Shown: positions 49,556 to 59,832 of the stretch, piece after piece
Layout of the letters: each line of letters begins with the position of its first letter
Numbering within the stretch: the stretch's first letter is position 1
NCBI GenBank assembly: GCA_965230295.1
Contig: OZ246001.1
Coordinates: 2,592,001 to 2,656,000, forward strand
Reading direction: 5' to 3'
DNA: 64,000 nt
From: Marinicella sp.
Lineage (GTDB): Bacteria; Pseudomonadota; Gammaproteobacteria; Xanthomonadales; Marinicellaceae
Position numbers and translations under genes: made by a program
Notes under the pieces: model-generated
The model's database searches: none
What the model saw: only the letters and a program-made list of their open reading frames with translations
What the model was told of the DNA's origin: nothing

Positions 49556-50230
49556 ATGGCTAAGAAAAAAACTTTGAAAAAATCAGCATCAACTGAAAAA
49601 AAACCAGCCAAGCTGGCAGAATCGCTGGTTGGTTCAGCCAATGAGATTTGGCTGGCCGGTTTGGGTGCTTTTGCAAAAGCACAATCAGAAGGCAAAAAGA
49701 TTTACGATAAATTAATTGATGAAGGCAAAGACTTTGAAAAATTATTTAAGTCTGTGCCACAAAAAGCTGTCAGTGATGTGAAATCAACTGTCAGCTCTAC
49801 TGTCAGTACGGCCAAGAAAAGGGCTTCAGACAGCTGGGACAAGTTGGAAGATGTGTTCGAAAAACGTGTTGAAAAATCTTTGAAAAGTTTAGGTGTGCCA
49901 ACCAGTAATGAATTGGGTGAGTTGATGAAGCGCATTGATGCGTTGACGAAGGAAGTCACTAAAATAGCCAAAGACACTGGTTCAGCTACTAAGAAGACGG
50001 TCAGTAAAGCGGCTAATGACGCCAAAAAAACTGTCACTAAAGCTGCCAAAGACACCAAAAAGGCTGTAGCAAAAGCCACTGCAAAGAAGAAAGCAGCACC
50101 CAAAAAAGCTGCACACAAGAAAGCAACTGCTAAAAAAGCACCGGTTAAGAAAGCCGTGGCCAAAAAAGCACCAGCAAAAAAACCAGTGGCTAAGAAAGCC
50201 ACAACCAAAAAGAAGACCACCAAAAAGTGA
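49556..50230 (+). CDS. Phasin (PHA-granule-associated protein, PhaF-like) with a histone-like tail
   Basis: IWLAGLGAFAKAQSEG, WDKLEDVFEKRV...LGVPT, followed by a Lys/Ala-rich tail. Confidence 0.88.
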   Translation: MAKKKTLKKSASTEKKPAKLAESLVGSANEIWLAGLGAFAKAQSEGKKIYDKLIDEGKDFEKLFKSVPQKAVSDVKSTVSSTVSTAKKRASDSWDKLEDVFEKRVEKSLKSLGVPTSNELGELMKRIDALTKEVTKIAKDTGSATKKTVSKAANDAKKTVTKAAKDTKKAVAKATAKKKAAPKKAAHKKATAKKAPVKKAVAKKAPAKKPVAKKATTKKKTTKK

Positions 50231-50253
50231 TCCGATTCAGGTTTGTTTAATTG

Positions 50254-50281
50254 AAAAGCCACCCGAGAGGTGGCTTTTTTT
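50254..50281. terminator. Intrinsic terminator between the phasin and patatin genes
   Basis: AAAAGCCACC-CGAGA-GGTGGCTTTTTTT. Confidence 0.88.
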
Positions 50282-50303
50282 ATGCAGTTAAAAAAGATCG
50301 GTA

Positions 50304-51512
50304 TTAAATACTGCGGATGCTTCTTTCTAATGCGTCTAAAGACTCATTCAAATGATCGGTCCATTTGGTGTGTTGTCCGTCTTGTCGTATAAAATCACGG
50401 ATGTGGCGATCTTTCTGAGCAAGTTTGTATTGATTCAGGTATAAGCCATGGCGAGCCAAGACTGGTTTCAATTCATCTTGCTGGTCAATCAAATGTTGTC
50501 TGGTTGACTGGTAAGCATAGTCACACAGTTGGTCGCGTTTCGAATAGCTGAACAAGTTTGATTTGAACAGGGTTTCGTCATTGGCGTCAGGTTCTGCCAA
50601 GATGATGTCAGAGTGGGGGAATAAGCTTTCGTATTTATCCAGGCCCGATTTCAACCTGGATTGTACGATGGATCTGAATGTTTGTGACAACACCAATGGC
50701 AAACCGCCGCTGACCAAACCCTTTTCATCTAATTTCAATGTCCGTTCAAATGGCACAATCGGGTTGACAGCAAACAGTAAATGGGTGTCTTTTTTCAAGG
50801 CAGCCGATGCATTCATGGTTCTGCGCAGGGCGCCATCGACATAAAATTTACCATTGATCTTTACTGGTGAATACAAACCAGGTAATGCGGAAGATGCTTG
50901 AACTGCTTTAGAAATGGGTACCGTGTTGTGGTCGTTGTTGCCAAAGCCGGCAATTTTTCCGCTGTTCAATTCACAGGCAACAATGTACAGTTCTTTTTTT
51001 AGTTTTCTGAAATCATTGGTGAGGCCATGTTTCTTGATGATGGTCTTTAAAAAGTGTTCAAGTTTTTCATTGTTAAAAACGCCAGCTGGTAAAACTTTAC
51101 CAGTCATCTCCAACACATCAACCACACTTGTTTTCAAGGGTTTTTTGGCCCATCTGAGTATGGTTTTGCTGAGCAAAGTGGGTGTTTTGGCCAAATTCAA
51201 CAGGTATTCTTTATAGGCTGGCTGGAGGAAGTGGTCAGGATTGAATGGTGTCTCATTCTTTTTACTGAAGGCGAAGATTTTTGACATCGTTCTTAAATCA
51301 ATGCCATTGGCCAAGCCGGCAGCTATGAATGCGCCAGCACTGACACCCACATAAACATCCAGTTCAGTTACTTTCAGTGGCTCCAAAGAGTCTTCAATGG
51401 CACACAGTGCACCCAGTTCATAAAAGCCACCCAATGGGCCGCCACCGGCTAAAGCCAAACCGAACTTTTGGTTGCTTCTGATGGGCTCTTTTGCTGCTTT
51501 AACAGTTATCAT
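50304..51512 (-). CDS. Patatin-like phospholipase/esterase
   Basis: LAGGGPLGG, GVSAG nucleophile, ASSALPG, VDGA. Confidence 0.9.
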   Translation of the reverse strand: MITVKAAKEPIRSNQKFGLALAGGGPLGGFYELGALCAIEDSLEPLKVTELDVYVGVSAGAFIAAGLANGIDLRTMSKIFAFSKKNETPFNPDHFLQPAYKEYLLNLAKTPTLLSKTILRWAKKPLKTSVVDVLEMTGKVLPAGVFNNEKLEHFLKTIIKKHGLTNDFRKLKKELYIVACELNSGKIAGFGNNDHNTVPISKAVQASSALPGLYSPVKINGKFYVDGALRRTMNASAALKKDTHLLFAVNPIVPFERTLKLDEKGLVSGGLPLVLSQTFRSIVQSRLKSGLDKYESLFPHSDIILAEPDANDETLFKSNLFSYSKRDQLCDYAYQSTRQHLIDQQDELKPVLARHGLYLNQYKLAQKDRHIRDFIRQDGQHTKWTDHLNESLDALERSIRSI

Positions 51513-51757
51513 GTGGCTATTATAGCCATGTACTTTTATTTAGCTACGTTGTAAGAATAAATAGACTGGTTTTTTTATGCAATTGGCATCATAGTTGGGG
51601 TTCTGGAGAAGGCATATTCTGTCGGTTCTGTTGAATGACTGATATTGGACTGGCAGGTGCTAATTTTTGACATAAATAAATGAACAGGTAGATTCTCATT
51701 GGTTATAATGCTTTACTGTTTTAAGCCAAAAGAACTGGCCTGAGAAGGAGGATTCAA

Positions 51758-52417
51758 ATGATCAAAGTAATGTTGGTAGATGACCATGACATAGTCAGGA
51801 CTGGCATCAGGCTGGTGTTGGAAAAAATGTCAGGTATCAGTATTGTAGGGGAGTGCAATGATGGCTACCAAGCATTGGCAATGGTTGAAAAGGAAAAACC
51901 AGATGTGGTGTTGATGGATGTCAATATGCCACGCATGAGTGGCCTTGAAGCCACCAAAAAAATTACTGACATAGATCCTTATGTAAAAATCATCATCCTC
52001 ACCATCCACGCAAAAAACCCTTATCCCAAACAATTGTTAGATGCCGGTGCCAATGGGTACTTAACCAAAGGTTGTGCGGCCCAAGAGCTAGAAGATTCTA
52101 TCAGGAAAGTCTATGCGGGCCAGCGGTATGTGGGTGCGGACATTGCCCAGCAAATGGCATTGTCGATGTTGCCTGGTGGTCAGAAAGATTCTCCATTTGA
52201 TGCTTTGACCAGTCGAGAAATGGAAGTGATGATGTTGTTGGTGAGGGGGAAGAAGGCCAAAGAAATTGGCAACATCCTTGGGTTGAATGATAAAACAGTG
52301 GCCACTTATAAGTACCGCATTCTAGAAAAGCTTGAAATCAAGAATGACGTTAAATTGACTCATTTAGCCATTCGTCATGGCATCCTGGATCCTAAAGAAA
52401 TTGGTTCTATTGATTAA
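51758..52417 (+). CDS. uvrY: UvrY/GacA-family (NarL-type) response regulator
   Basis: VMLVDDHDIVRTG, LMDVNMP, GYLTKG, SPFDALTSRE, KTVATYKYRILEKL...DVKLTHLAIRHG. Confidence 0.85.
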   Translation: MIKVMLVDDHDIVRTGIRLVLEKMSGISIVGECNDGYQALAMVEKEKPDVVLMDVNMPRMSGLEATKKITDIDPYVKIIILTIHAKNPYPKQLLDAGANGYLTKGCAAQELEDSIRKVYAGQRYVGADIAQQMALSMLPGGQKDSPFDALTSREMEVMMLLVRGKKAKEIGNILGLNDKTVATYKYRILEKLEIKNDVKLTHLAIRHGILDPKEIGSID

Positions 52418-52434
52418 GAACCCAATATCAGTCG

Positions 52435-52470
52435 TTGATTAATCCTGTTAAAGCGTTATAATGCGCGCCC
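52435..52470 (+). promoter_or_regulatory. Stringent-type sigma70 promoter of the rpsP operon
   Basis: TTGATT-16nt-TATAAT followed by the GC-rich discriminator GCGCGCCC. Confidence 0.75.
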
Positions 52471-52615
52471 TTTGCATGAATTAACACCGTTGAAGTGTGG
52501 TTGGTAGCTTGTGCATGAAAAACAGCAAAAAAAGCTTAAATAATGCTGTTATATTAAGGCGATTTCCTATAAAATTGCCCGTCTTTTTTAGTGCCCTGAA
52601 TTTTAGAGGTAAATT

Positions 52616-52864
52616 ATGGTAAAGATTAAGTTAGTTAGGCATGGCGCCAAGCGTTCGCCTTTCTATAAAGTTGTGGCGACTGATTCACGCTATGCAGGTG
52701 ATGGTAAAGCATTGGAGCGCTTGGGTTTTTTCAATCCCATGGCTCGTGGCCAAGAAGTTAAATTGAACTTGAACTTGGAAAGAATCAACCACTGGGTTGG
52801 TGAAGGTGCACAATTATCTGATCGTGTAGGATCGTTGATTAAACAAGCACAAAAATCTGCTTAA
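52616..52864 (+). CDS. rpsP: 30S ribosomal protein S16
   Basis: [17 protein letters not shown]...ERLGFFNP...GAQLSDRV. Confidence 0.97.
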   Translation: MVKIKLVRHGAKRSPFYKVVATDSRYAGDGKALERLGFFNPMARGQEVKLNLNLERINHWVGEGAQLSDRVGSLIKQAQKSA

Positions 52865-52871
52865 TATTAAA

Positions 52872-53369
52872 GTGGACAATGACTTGATAACGGTAGGTAA
52901 GGTTACCGGTCATTATGGTGTAAAAGGTTGGTTGAAAGTGTATTCATTCACCCAACCCATGGAAAACATTGCGACCTATACCACTTGGGTGGTTGGTGGT
53001 CAGGCAATCAAAGGAATCAAAGCCAAGCGTCATGGTAAAACCATGGTGGCTTATTTTAAAGGTTCGGACAACAGGGAAACTTCGCAACAATACATTGGTG
53101 CGCAGATTCAAATCAACAGTCAGGATCTGCAAGATTTAAAAAGCAACGAGTACTACTGGCACCAGCTGATTGGCCTGTCAGTGGTTGACACCCACGGCTT
53201 GGAGATGGGTGAAGTGGCCTCATTGTTTGAAACTGGCGCCAATGATGTGTTGGTGGTTAAAGATCCAAAGGGTAATGAGCTACTGATACCTTATATATTA
53301 GATCAATACATCATGAATATTGATTTAAGTGCTGGTCAAATGGTGGTGGATTGGGAAGTTGAAGCTTGA
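52872..53369 (+). CDS. rimM: Ribosome maturation factor RimM
   Basis: [34 protein letters not shown]. Confidence 0.96.
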   Translation: MDNDLITVGKVTGHYGVKGWLKVYSFTQPMENIATYTTWVVGGQAIKGIKAKRHGKTMVAYFKGSDNRETSQQYIGAQIQINSQDLQDLKSNEYYWHQLIGLSVVDTHGLEMGEVASLFETGANDVLVVKDPKGNELLIPYILDQYIMNIDLSAGQMVVDWEVEA

Positions 53370-54061
53370 TGCGAATTAATGTCATCACCTTATTTCCTGA
53401 AATGGTTAAAGACAGTTTGGCTTATGGCGTGATTGGAAAAGCCATCGACAAGGGATTGTTGGAATTGAACTGTATCAATCCACGTGATTTTGCAGAAAAT
53501 AAGCACAATCGCGTTGATGATAAGCCATTTGGCGGCGGCCCGGGAATGGTGATGATGTACGATCCTTTGCACCGTGCCATGGAATCCATAGGGGATTCAG
53601 GTCAGCAAGGTGATGTGGTGTATATGTCACCACAAGGTAAACAACTGAATCAGAGTCTATGTAATGAATGGGCAAAAAAGTCCTGTTTGACTTTGGTTTG
53701 CGGTCGATATGAAGGCATTGATCAACGATTTGTTGATGAATATGTAGACCAGGAAATTTCTATTGGTGATTATGTCATCAGTGGAGGAGAAATGGCCGCC
53801 TGTGTGGTCATTGATGCCATAGGACGCCAAATTGATGGGGTTCTTGGTGATGGTGAATCAGCTGAAACTGATTCATTCATGAACGGTTTGTTGGGCATTC
53901 CTCAATACACCCGTTCAGAATTGTTGGGACAATCAGGCGTCCCTGATGTTTTGTTGAGTGGTCATCACCAGGCGATAGAAGCTTGGCGACAAGAACAGGC
54001 CATGAAATCAACTCAACTGAAAAGGCCTGATTTATTGGCAGGCACCTCTGAGAGCGAATAG
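53369..54061 (+). CDS. trmD: tRNA (guanine37-N1)-methyltransferase
   Basis: VDDKPFGGGPGM, SPQG, CGRYEGIDQR, SIGDYVISGGE, VPDVLLSGHH. Confidence 0.97.
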   Translation: MRINVITLFPEMVKDSLAYGVIGKAIDKGLLELNCINPRDFAENKHNRVDDKPFGGGPGMVMMYDPLHRAMESIGDSGQQGDVVYMSPQGKQLNQSLCNEWAKKSCLTLVCGRYEGIDQRFVDEYVDQEISIGDYVISGGEMAACVVIDAIGRQIDGVLGDGESAETDSFMNGLLGIPQYTRSELLGQSGVPDVLLSGHHQAIEAWRQEQAMKSTQLKRPDLLAGTSESE

Positions 54062-54104
54062 GCTACTCATGTACCCATAAGAAGATTGTTTAAGAGAAAA
54101 AATC

Positions 54105-54461
54105 ATGAGTGACATCATTAAACAAATTGAAGCTGCCCAGCTGCGCAGTGATTTACCAACATTCAGCCCCGGTGATACCGTTGTGGTTGGTGTTAAAGTT
54201 ATCGACGGCTCACGTGAGCGTGTTCAGAATTATGAAGGCGTTGTGATTGCTGTTAAAAACCGTGGAATCAACTCTGCATTCACAGTAAGGAAAATTTCTT
54301 ATGGTGAAGGTGTTGAGCGTGTGTTCCAAACCCACAGCCCAATGATTGACAATGTGACCGTTAAACGTCGCGGTAAAGTCAGAAGAGCGAAGTTGTACTA
54401 CTTGCGTGGATTGGAAGGTAAGGCTGCTCGTATTACCGAGAAGTTGGATTCTAAAAAGTAA
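54105..54461 (+). CDS. rplS: 50S ribosomal protein L19
   Basis: [35 protein letters not shown]. Confidence 0.98.
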   Translation: MSDIIKQIEAAQLRSDLPTFSPGDTVVVGVKVIDGSRERVQNYEGVVIAVKNRGINSAFTVRKISYGEGVERVFQTHSPMIDNVTVKRRGKVRRAKLYYLRGLEGKAARITEKLDSKK

Positions 54462-54482
54462 TCACTGATAGAGAGAAATATT

Positions 54483-54719
54483 ATGTCAAGAGTATGCCAG
54501 GTTACTGGAAAGAAAACCGCCGTCGGAAACAATGTTTCGCACGCGATGAACAAAACCCGCAGAAGGTTTTTACCTAATTTACAAAACCACCGTTTTTGGG
54601 TGGAAAGCGAAAATAAATGGGTTAAGTTGAGAGTCTCAGCCAAAGGCATGAGAATCATTGATAAAAAAGGTATTGATGCTGTATTGGCTGAAATGCGTCA
54701 TCGTGGTGAGAAGGTGTAA
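54483..54719 (+). CDS. rpmB: 50S ribosomal protein L28
   Basis: [10 protein letters not shown]...GNNVSHA...RRFLPNL. Confidence 0.98.
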   Translation: MSRVCQVTGKKTAVGNNVSHAMNKTRRRFLPNLQNHRFWVESENKWVKLRVSAKGMRIIDKKGIDAVLAEMRHRGEKV

Positions 54720-54721
54720 TC

Positions 54722-54889
54722 ATGAGTAACAGCAAAAGAGATAAAATCAAGTTGGTTTCAAGTGCCGGTACCGGTCACTACTACACCACTGATAAAAACA
54801 AGAAAAACACGCCTGACAAAATGGAAATCAAAAAATACGATCCTGTTGTCAGAAAACACGTTGTTTATAAAGAAAAGAAAATCAAGTAA
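54722..54889 (+). CDS. rpmG: 50S ribosomal protein L33 (not in the ORF track)
   Basis: Manual translation: [55 protein letters not shown]. Confidence 0.97.
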   Translation: MSNSKRDKIKLVSSAGTGHYYTTDKNKKNTPDKMEIKKYDPVVRKHVVYKEKKIK

Positions 54890-54933
54890 TTGATTGTAGT
54901 GTTTGAAGCCAAGTTGCCTTCAAGCTAAAAGTC

Positions 54934-55011
54934 TATCAGGTTCAGAATTCACAGCAGGGTGCTTGTTTGCGAACAAGTTTGCTGTGATTGAATTTGATAT
55001 TGTAATAACCC
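54934..55011 (+). promoter_or_regulatory. rpsB (S2) autoregulatory leader RNA, t44-like
   Basis: Long hairpin TATCAGG...TTGATA containing CACAGCA/TGCTGTG with an internal GGGTGC, plus downstream TAACCC able to pair with it, as in gammaproteobacterial rpsB leaders. Confidence 0.7.
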
Positions 55012-55030
55012 TAAATACAGGAAAATTAAA

Positions 55031-56032
55031 ATGGCAAAAGTTAATGTCAAACAGCTGCTGGAAGCTGGTGCTCATTTCGGGCACAACACCAGATATTGGA
55101 ATCCTAAAATGGCCCCGTACATCTTTGGCGCCAGAAATAAAATTCATATCATCGATTTAAGAAAAACCGAAGAAATGATGAATGATGCCATGAACTTCAT
55201 GGGCAAAATTGCATCACGTCGCGGTAAAGTGATGTTTGTTGGTACCAAACGCGCAGCCAGCAAAGCGGTTAAAGAAGAAGCCTTGCGTTGTGGCATGCCA
55301 TTTGTCTCTCACCGTTGGTTGGGTGGCATGTTGACCAACTACAAAACGGTCAAAGCTTCGATCAACCGATTGAAAGACATTGAGTCTATGCAAGCTGACG
55401 GCCGCATTGAACGCTTTGTTAAAAAAGAACAACTGAACATGGAACGCGAACGGGTTAAATTGGAAAAAACCCTGGGTGGTATTAAAGACATGAAAGGTTT
55501 GCCGGATGCGTTGTTCATTTTGGATACACGTTATGAGTCAATCGCCATCAATGAAGCCAAAAAGTTGGGTATCCCTGTGGTTGCAGTGGTAGACACCAAC
55601 AACAGCTTCAATGACATTGACTATGTCATCCCGGCCAATGACGATGCCATGAAAGCCATTCGCTTGTATGCGGCCACAGCTGCCGATTCTATTTTAGAAG
55701 GCAAAGCAGCCATGCAAATCAATGTCAAAGAAGAAGCACCTGCCAAAAAAGCCAAACCAGCTGTAAAAGCTGAAGAGGCACCTGCTAAAGAAGCACCAGC
55801 CAAGGAAGCGCCTGCAGCTGAAGAGAAAGTGGTTGAAGAAGCAGCACCTGAAGCGAAAGCAGAAGAAGTTGAAGTTGAAGCGGTTGAAGCAGCAGTTAAA
55901 GAAGAAGCTCCTGCTGAGAAAGTGACCAAGAAAGTCACCAAGAAAAAAACCACTAAAAAGAAAACTACCAAGAAGAAAACAACCAAGAAGAAAACCACTA
56001 AAAAGAAAGTGGCCAAAAAAACTGACGATTAA
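55031..56032 (+). CDS. rpsB: 30S ribosomal protein S2 with a long C-terminal extension
   Basis: [36 protein letters not shown]; about 105 extra low-complexity residues. Confidence 0.97.
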   Translation: MAKVNVKQLLEAGAHFGHNTRYWNPKMAPYIFGARNKIHIIDLRKTEEMMNDAMNFMGKIASRRGKVMFVGTKRAASKAVKEEALRCGMPFVSHRWLGGMLTNYKTVKASINRLKDIESMQADGRIERFVKKEQLNMERERVKLEKTLGGIKDMKGLPDALFILDTRYESIAINEAKKLGIPVVAVVDTNNSFNDIDYVIPANDDAMKAIRLYAATAADSILEGKAAMQINVKEEAPAKKAKPAVKAEEAPAKEAPAKEAPAAEEKVVEEAAPEAKAEEVEVEAVEAAVKEEAPAEKVTKKVTKKKTTKKKTTKKKTTKKKTTKKKVAKKTDD

Positions 56033-56059
56033 TTTTCAACCAGTTTGAGATAAATTGAG

Positions 56060-56108
56060 AGTCCGGTCCTTAGTTGAGGAAAGTCTAAACTAAGGGCCGG
56101 ACTATTTT
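56060..56108 (+). terminator. rpsB-tsf intergenic hairpin (attenuator-like)
   Basis: 16-bp stem AGTCCGGTCCTTAGTT / AACTAAGGGCCGGACT followed by ATTTT. Confidence 0.65.
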
Positions 56109-56132
56109 CACATATTGAATGAGGAAAAAAAC

Positions 56133-57011
56133 ATGAGCATTACAGCTTCAATGGTTAAAGAATTACGTGAAATCACCGGTGCCGGCATGATGGAATGTAA
56201 AAAGGCATTGGTGGAAACCAATGGCAATATAGAAGTGGCAATTGAAAACATGAGAAAATCAGGTGCAGCCAAAGCTGCCAAGAAATCTGGTCGTGTTGCT
56301 GCTGATGGTATCATCAAAGTGGCTGCTTCAACAGACCAAAAAACAGCGGTTCTGGTTGAAGTAAACTGCGAAACTGATTTTGTTGCCAAAGACGAAAACT
56401 TTTTGGCATTTACTGATGCCGTGGTCAACACAGCCTTGGCCATTAATGCCACTGATGTAGAGTCAGTCATGGCTGCTGATGTGGACGGCAAAACTTTAGA
56501 ACAGTTAAGAACTGATTTGGTGGCAAAGATTGGTGAGAACATTCAAGTCAGGCGTGTCCAATTGGTAGAAAATGCAAACGGTACTGTTGGTTTTTATTCA
56601 CATGGTAAAAACATCGGTGTTGTGGTTGCAGCCAACGGCGCTGATGAAGAATTGATCAAGGACCTGGCTATGCACATCGCTGCAGCCAACCCTGAGTATG
56701 TTTCAGAAGAGCAAGTACCAGCTGCGCAATTGGAAAAAGAAAAAGAAATTTTGATTGCTCAAGCACAAGATTCGGGTAAGCCTGCAGAAATCATTGAGAA
56801 AATGGTGGGCGGCAGAATCAGAAAGTATTTGGCTGAAATCACTTTGAAAGGTCAGCCTTTTGTGAAAGATCCAGACGTGACTGTTGAGAAATTATTGAGT
56901 GCTAAAAACGCAGATGTGGTAGAATTTGTGCGTTTTGAAGTTGGCGAAGGTATCGAGAAGAAAGAAGATAACTTCGTTGAGGAAGTAATGGCTCAAGCAC
57001 GTGGAAACTGA
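56133..57011 (+). CDS. tsf: Elongation factor Ts
   Basis: [46 protein letters not shown]. Confidence 0.98.
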   Translation: MSITASMVKELREITGAGMMECKKALVETNGNIEVAIENMRKSGAAKAAKKSGRVAADGIIKVAASTDQKTAVLVEVNCETDFVAKDENFLAFTDAVVNTALAINATDVESVMAADVDGKTLEQLRTDLVAKIGENIQVRRVQLVENANGTVGFYSHGKNIGVVVAANGADEELIKDLAMHIAAANPEYVSEEQVPAAQLEKEKEILIAQAQDSGKPAEIIEKMVGGRIRKYLAEITLKGQPFVKDPDVTVEKLLSAKNADVVEFVRFEVGEGIEKKEDNFVEEVMAQARGN

Positions 57012-57726
57012 ATCGATTAAGTACAAAAGAATTCTGCTGAAACTCAGCGGAGAAGCATTGATGGGCGCTGAGGACTATGGTATTGACCCTGAGGTCATCA
57101 ATCGGCTTTCACAAGAAATCGCCCAGGTTCACCGCCTGGGCGTTGAAATAGGTATCGTCATTGGTGGTGGCAACATTTTCCGTGGTGCCGGCTTAAGTAA
57201 GTCAGGCATTGACCGTGTGACTGGTGATCACATGGGGATGCTGGCCACTGTGATGAATTCATTGGCCCTACAAAATGCCTTGGAAAAGCAAGACATAAAA
57301 GTCAGGGTCATGTCAGCCATTGGCATTCACGAAGTATGTGAAGACTACATCCGAAGACGTGCCATCAGGCATCTACAAAAGGGCAACATTACGGTTTTTG
57401 CAGCCGGTATTGGAAACCCGTTTTTCACCACCGACTCTGCGGCCAGCCTGAGGGCCATTGAGATCAATGCCGACATCGTCCTCAAAGCCACTAAAGTGGA
57501 TGGCATTTATTCGGCAGACCCAGTCAAAGACCCCACAGCATTTAAATATGATCATTTGACGTACGATGAAGTGATTGAAAAAAAGTTAGCCGTGATGGAT
57601 ACTTCAGCAGTGGTGCTGTGCCGAGACAGAAAAATGCCCATACGCATCTTCAATATGAATCAAGAGAATGCCCTGATGGAGATCGTCCAGGGTAGCAATA
57701 TTGGTACCGTAGTGACTGCAGAATAA
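57001..57726 (+). CDS. pyrH: UMP kinase
   Basis: [40 protein letters not shown]. Confidence 0.97.
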   Translation: METESIKYKRILLKLSGEALMGAEDYGIDPEVINRLSQEIAQVHRLGVEIGIVIGGGNIFRGAGLSKSGIDRVTGDHMGMLATVMNSLALQNALEKQDIKVRVMSAIGIHEVCEDYIRRRAIRHLQKGNITVFAAGIGNPFFTTDSAASLRAIEINADIVLKATKVDGIYSADPVKDPTAFKYDHLTYDEVIEKKLAVMDTSAVVLCRDRKMPIRIFNMNQENALMEIVQGSNIGTVVTAE

Positions 57727-57736
57727 GGAGAACCCG

Positions 57737-58294
57737 ATGATAGATGAAGTGATTAAAGAAGCTGATCAACGCATGAGTAAAACCATTGAAGCTTTGCACA
57801 ATGAGTTGAAAGGTGTGCGAACAGGCCGTGCCAATACCAGCCTGTTAGATGGTATTATGGTTGATTATTATGGTTCCGCTTCGGCTTTAAACCAAGTGGC
57901 CAATGTGGCGGTACAAGACTCCAGAACTTTGACTGTGACACCCTGGGAAAAAACCATGATTGAGCCCATTGAGAAAGCCATCATGTCCTCTAACCTGGGA
58001 TTGAACCCTGTCAGTGCAGGCATGGTTATCCGCATTCCACTGCCTCCATTGACTGAAGAGAGAAGAAAGGATTTGGTTAAGTTGGTGGGGCAAATTGCAG
58101 AAAACAGCAAGATCGCATTGCGCAACATCCGTCGTGATGCCAATACCCACTTAAAACATATGTTGAATGACAAGGACATCACTGAAGATGATTTACGTGG
58201 TGCCGAGAAAGGTGTACAGGATGTTACCGATAAATTTGTCAAGCAAGTCGATGACGTCATTGCCGACAAAGAAAAGGACCTGATGGAAATCTAA
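57737..58294 (+). CDS. frr: Ribosome recycling factor
   Basis: [29 protein letters not shown]. Confidence 0.98.
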   Translation: MIDEVIKEADQRMSKTIEALHNELKGVRTGRANTSLLDGIMVDYYGSASALNQVANVAVQDSRTLTVTPWEKTMIEPIEKAIMSSNLGLNPVSAGMVIRIPLPPLTEERRKDLVKLVGQIAENSKIALRNIRRDANTHLKHMLNDKDITEDDLRGAEKGVQDVTDKFVKQVDDVIADKEKDLMEI

Positions 58295-58323
58295 ACTTTT
58301 GCATTTGACGAATCTATAACTTT

Positions 58324-59037
58324 ATGAGTATTCAGCACATCGCCATAATCATGGATGGAAACGGGCGATGGGCCACTCAAAGAAAAAGACCACGAACTTT
58401 TGGCCATCAGGCTGGTGTCAAAACTGTCCGTTCAACCATTGAGACCTGTGTTGGTTTAGGGATTCCTTCCCTGACATTATTTGCCTTCAGCAGTGAGAAC
58501 TGGTCAAGACCTGAAAAGGAAGTGCAGCGCTTAATGGATTTATTTATGCGGTCTTTAACCAAAGAAACCCCTGAATTATTGCAACAAGGCGTGCAGCAGA
58601 ACTTCATCGGGGACTTGACTAAATTTTCCAACAAGTTACAGCAAAAAATGGCTGATGTTTCTGAGTTAAAACCTGCCCAACATCGCATGAATCTGAACAT
58701 TGCGGTCAATTATGGTGGCAAGTGGGATGTGGTTCAGGCGGCTAAAAAAATGGCCATTGATCTTGAGACCCAAAAAATTGATTTGGAAACAGTGGATGAA
58801 GCACATTTTGGTTCATACCTGAGTTTGGCGGGTCAGCCAGCAGTGGATATGTTGATCAGAACCGGCGGTGAGCACCGCATATCAAACTTTTTGTTGTGGC
58901 AGATAGCTTATGCCGAAGTCTTCTTTGAAGATGTCTTATGGCCGGATTTCAATGCTGAAGAATTACTCAGGGTGATCGAAAGATTCAACCAACGAGAACG
59001 TCGTTTTGGCCAAACCAGTGAGCAAGTCAATGCTTAA
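58324..59037 (+). CDS. uppS: Undecaprenyl diphosphate synthase
   Basis: HIAIIMDGNGRWA, FAFSSENWSRP, RTGGEHRISNFLLWQ, RERRFG. Confidence 0.97.
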   Translation: MSIQHIAIIMDGNGRWATQRKRPRTFGHQAGVKTVRSTIETCVGLGIPSLTLFAFSSENWSRPEKEVQRLMDLFMRSLTKETPELLQQGVQQNFIGDLTKFSNKLQQKMADVSELKPAQHRMNLNIAVNYGGKWDVVQAAKKMAIDLETQKIDLETVDEAHFGSYLSLAGQPAVDMLIRTGGEHRISNFLLWQIAYAEVFFEDVLWPDFNAEELLRVIERFNQRERRFGQTSEQVNA

Positions 59038-59827
59038 ACAGAGGATCATAACTGCCGTTCTATTGGCGCCCATATTGTTGTCTTTGGTCATTTACGGTAA
59101 CACCTATTGGTTTGCCTTTTTGATTGCTGTGATTCAATTGGCAGCTACTTGGGAATGGTTAAAAATTTCACAACTACAATCCGGATTGGCTGCTGTTAAT
59201 GCATTGATGCTGACGGTGTTAACACTGTTGTTGGTATTGCTGTGGCCCATCAATCCAATGATATGGGTGGTTATCAATGGAATCATTTGGATGTTGGCCT
59301 TGTTGTGGTTGATGAACCATCGCTGGGGTTATGCAAACACCACCAGCCAGACATTGATCAAAGGACTTTTGGGTGTGATTGCCATCATGGTATTTGCCAT
59401 CTGCATCAACCAAATTCATGCGCTGCCTGATGGTCAATGGCTGACACTTTCATTGTTTTTCTTGATCTGGGTGGCCGACATTGGTGCTTATGTCAGCGGT
59501 AAAACCTTGGGTAAAAACAAGTTAGCCATCAACATCTCCCCAGGAAAAACATGGGAAGGGGTCTTTGGCGCAATGGTCTTCGTCGCCTTGTATGCATTCA
59601 TCATCAGTGGATTCATAGACATTAAATGGTGGCACGCCATATTGATGATGGTTCCAATTGCCCTGTTTTCTGTGGTTGGTGATTTGGCTGCCAGTTTGGG
59701 AAAAAGGCAAGCACAGATTAAGGACAGTTCTAATCTATTACCAGGGCATGGAGGATTTATTGATCGTTTTGACAGCCTCATTGCCGCGGCACCCTTGTTT
59801 GCATTTTTGTTGCCCTTTGTGAAATAA
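59030..59827 (+). CDS. cdsA: Phosphatidate cytidylyltransferase
   Basis: MLKQRIITA, ISPGKTWEG, KDSSNLLPGHGGFIDRFDS. Confidence 0.96.
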   Translation: MLKQRIITAVLLAPILLSLVIYGNTYWFAFLIAVIQLAATWEWLKISQLQSGLAAVNALMLTVLTLLLVLLWPINPMIWVVINGIIWMLALLWLMNHRWGYANTTSQTLIKGLLGVIAIMVFAICINQIHALPDGQWLTLSLFFLIWVADIGAYVSGKTLGKNKLAINISPGKTWEGVFGAMVFVALYAFIISGFIDIKWWHAILMMVPIALFSVVGDLAASLGKRQAQIKDSSNLLPGHGGFIDRFDSLIAAAPLFAFLLPFVK

Positions 59828-59832
59828 CTGAC

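Noticed and set aside
49702-50262. 186-aa hydrophobic antisense ORF (and the similar one at 55621-56016)
   Set aside because: Mirror of the Lys/Ala-rich tails of the phasin and S2 on the opposite strand.
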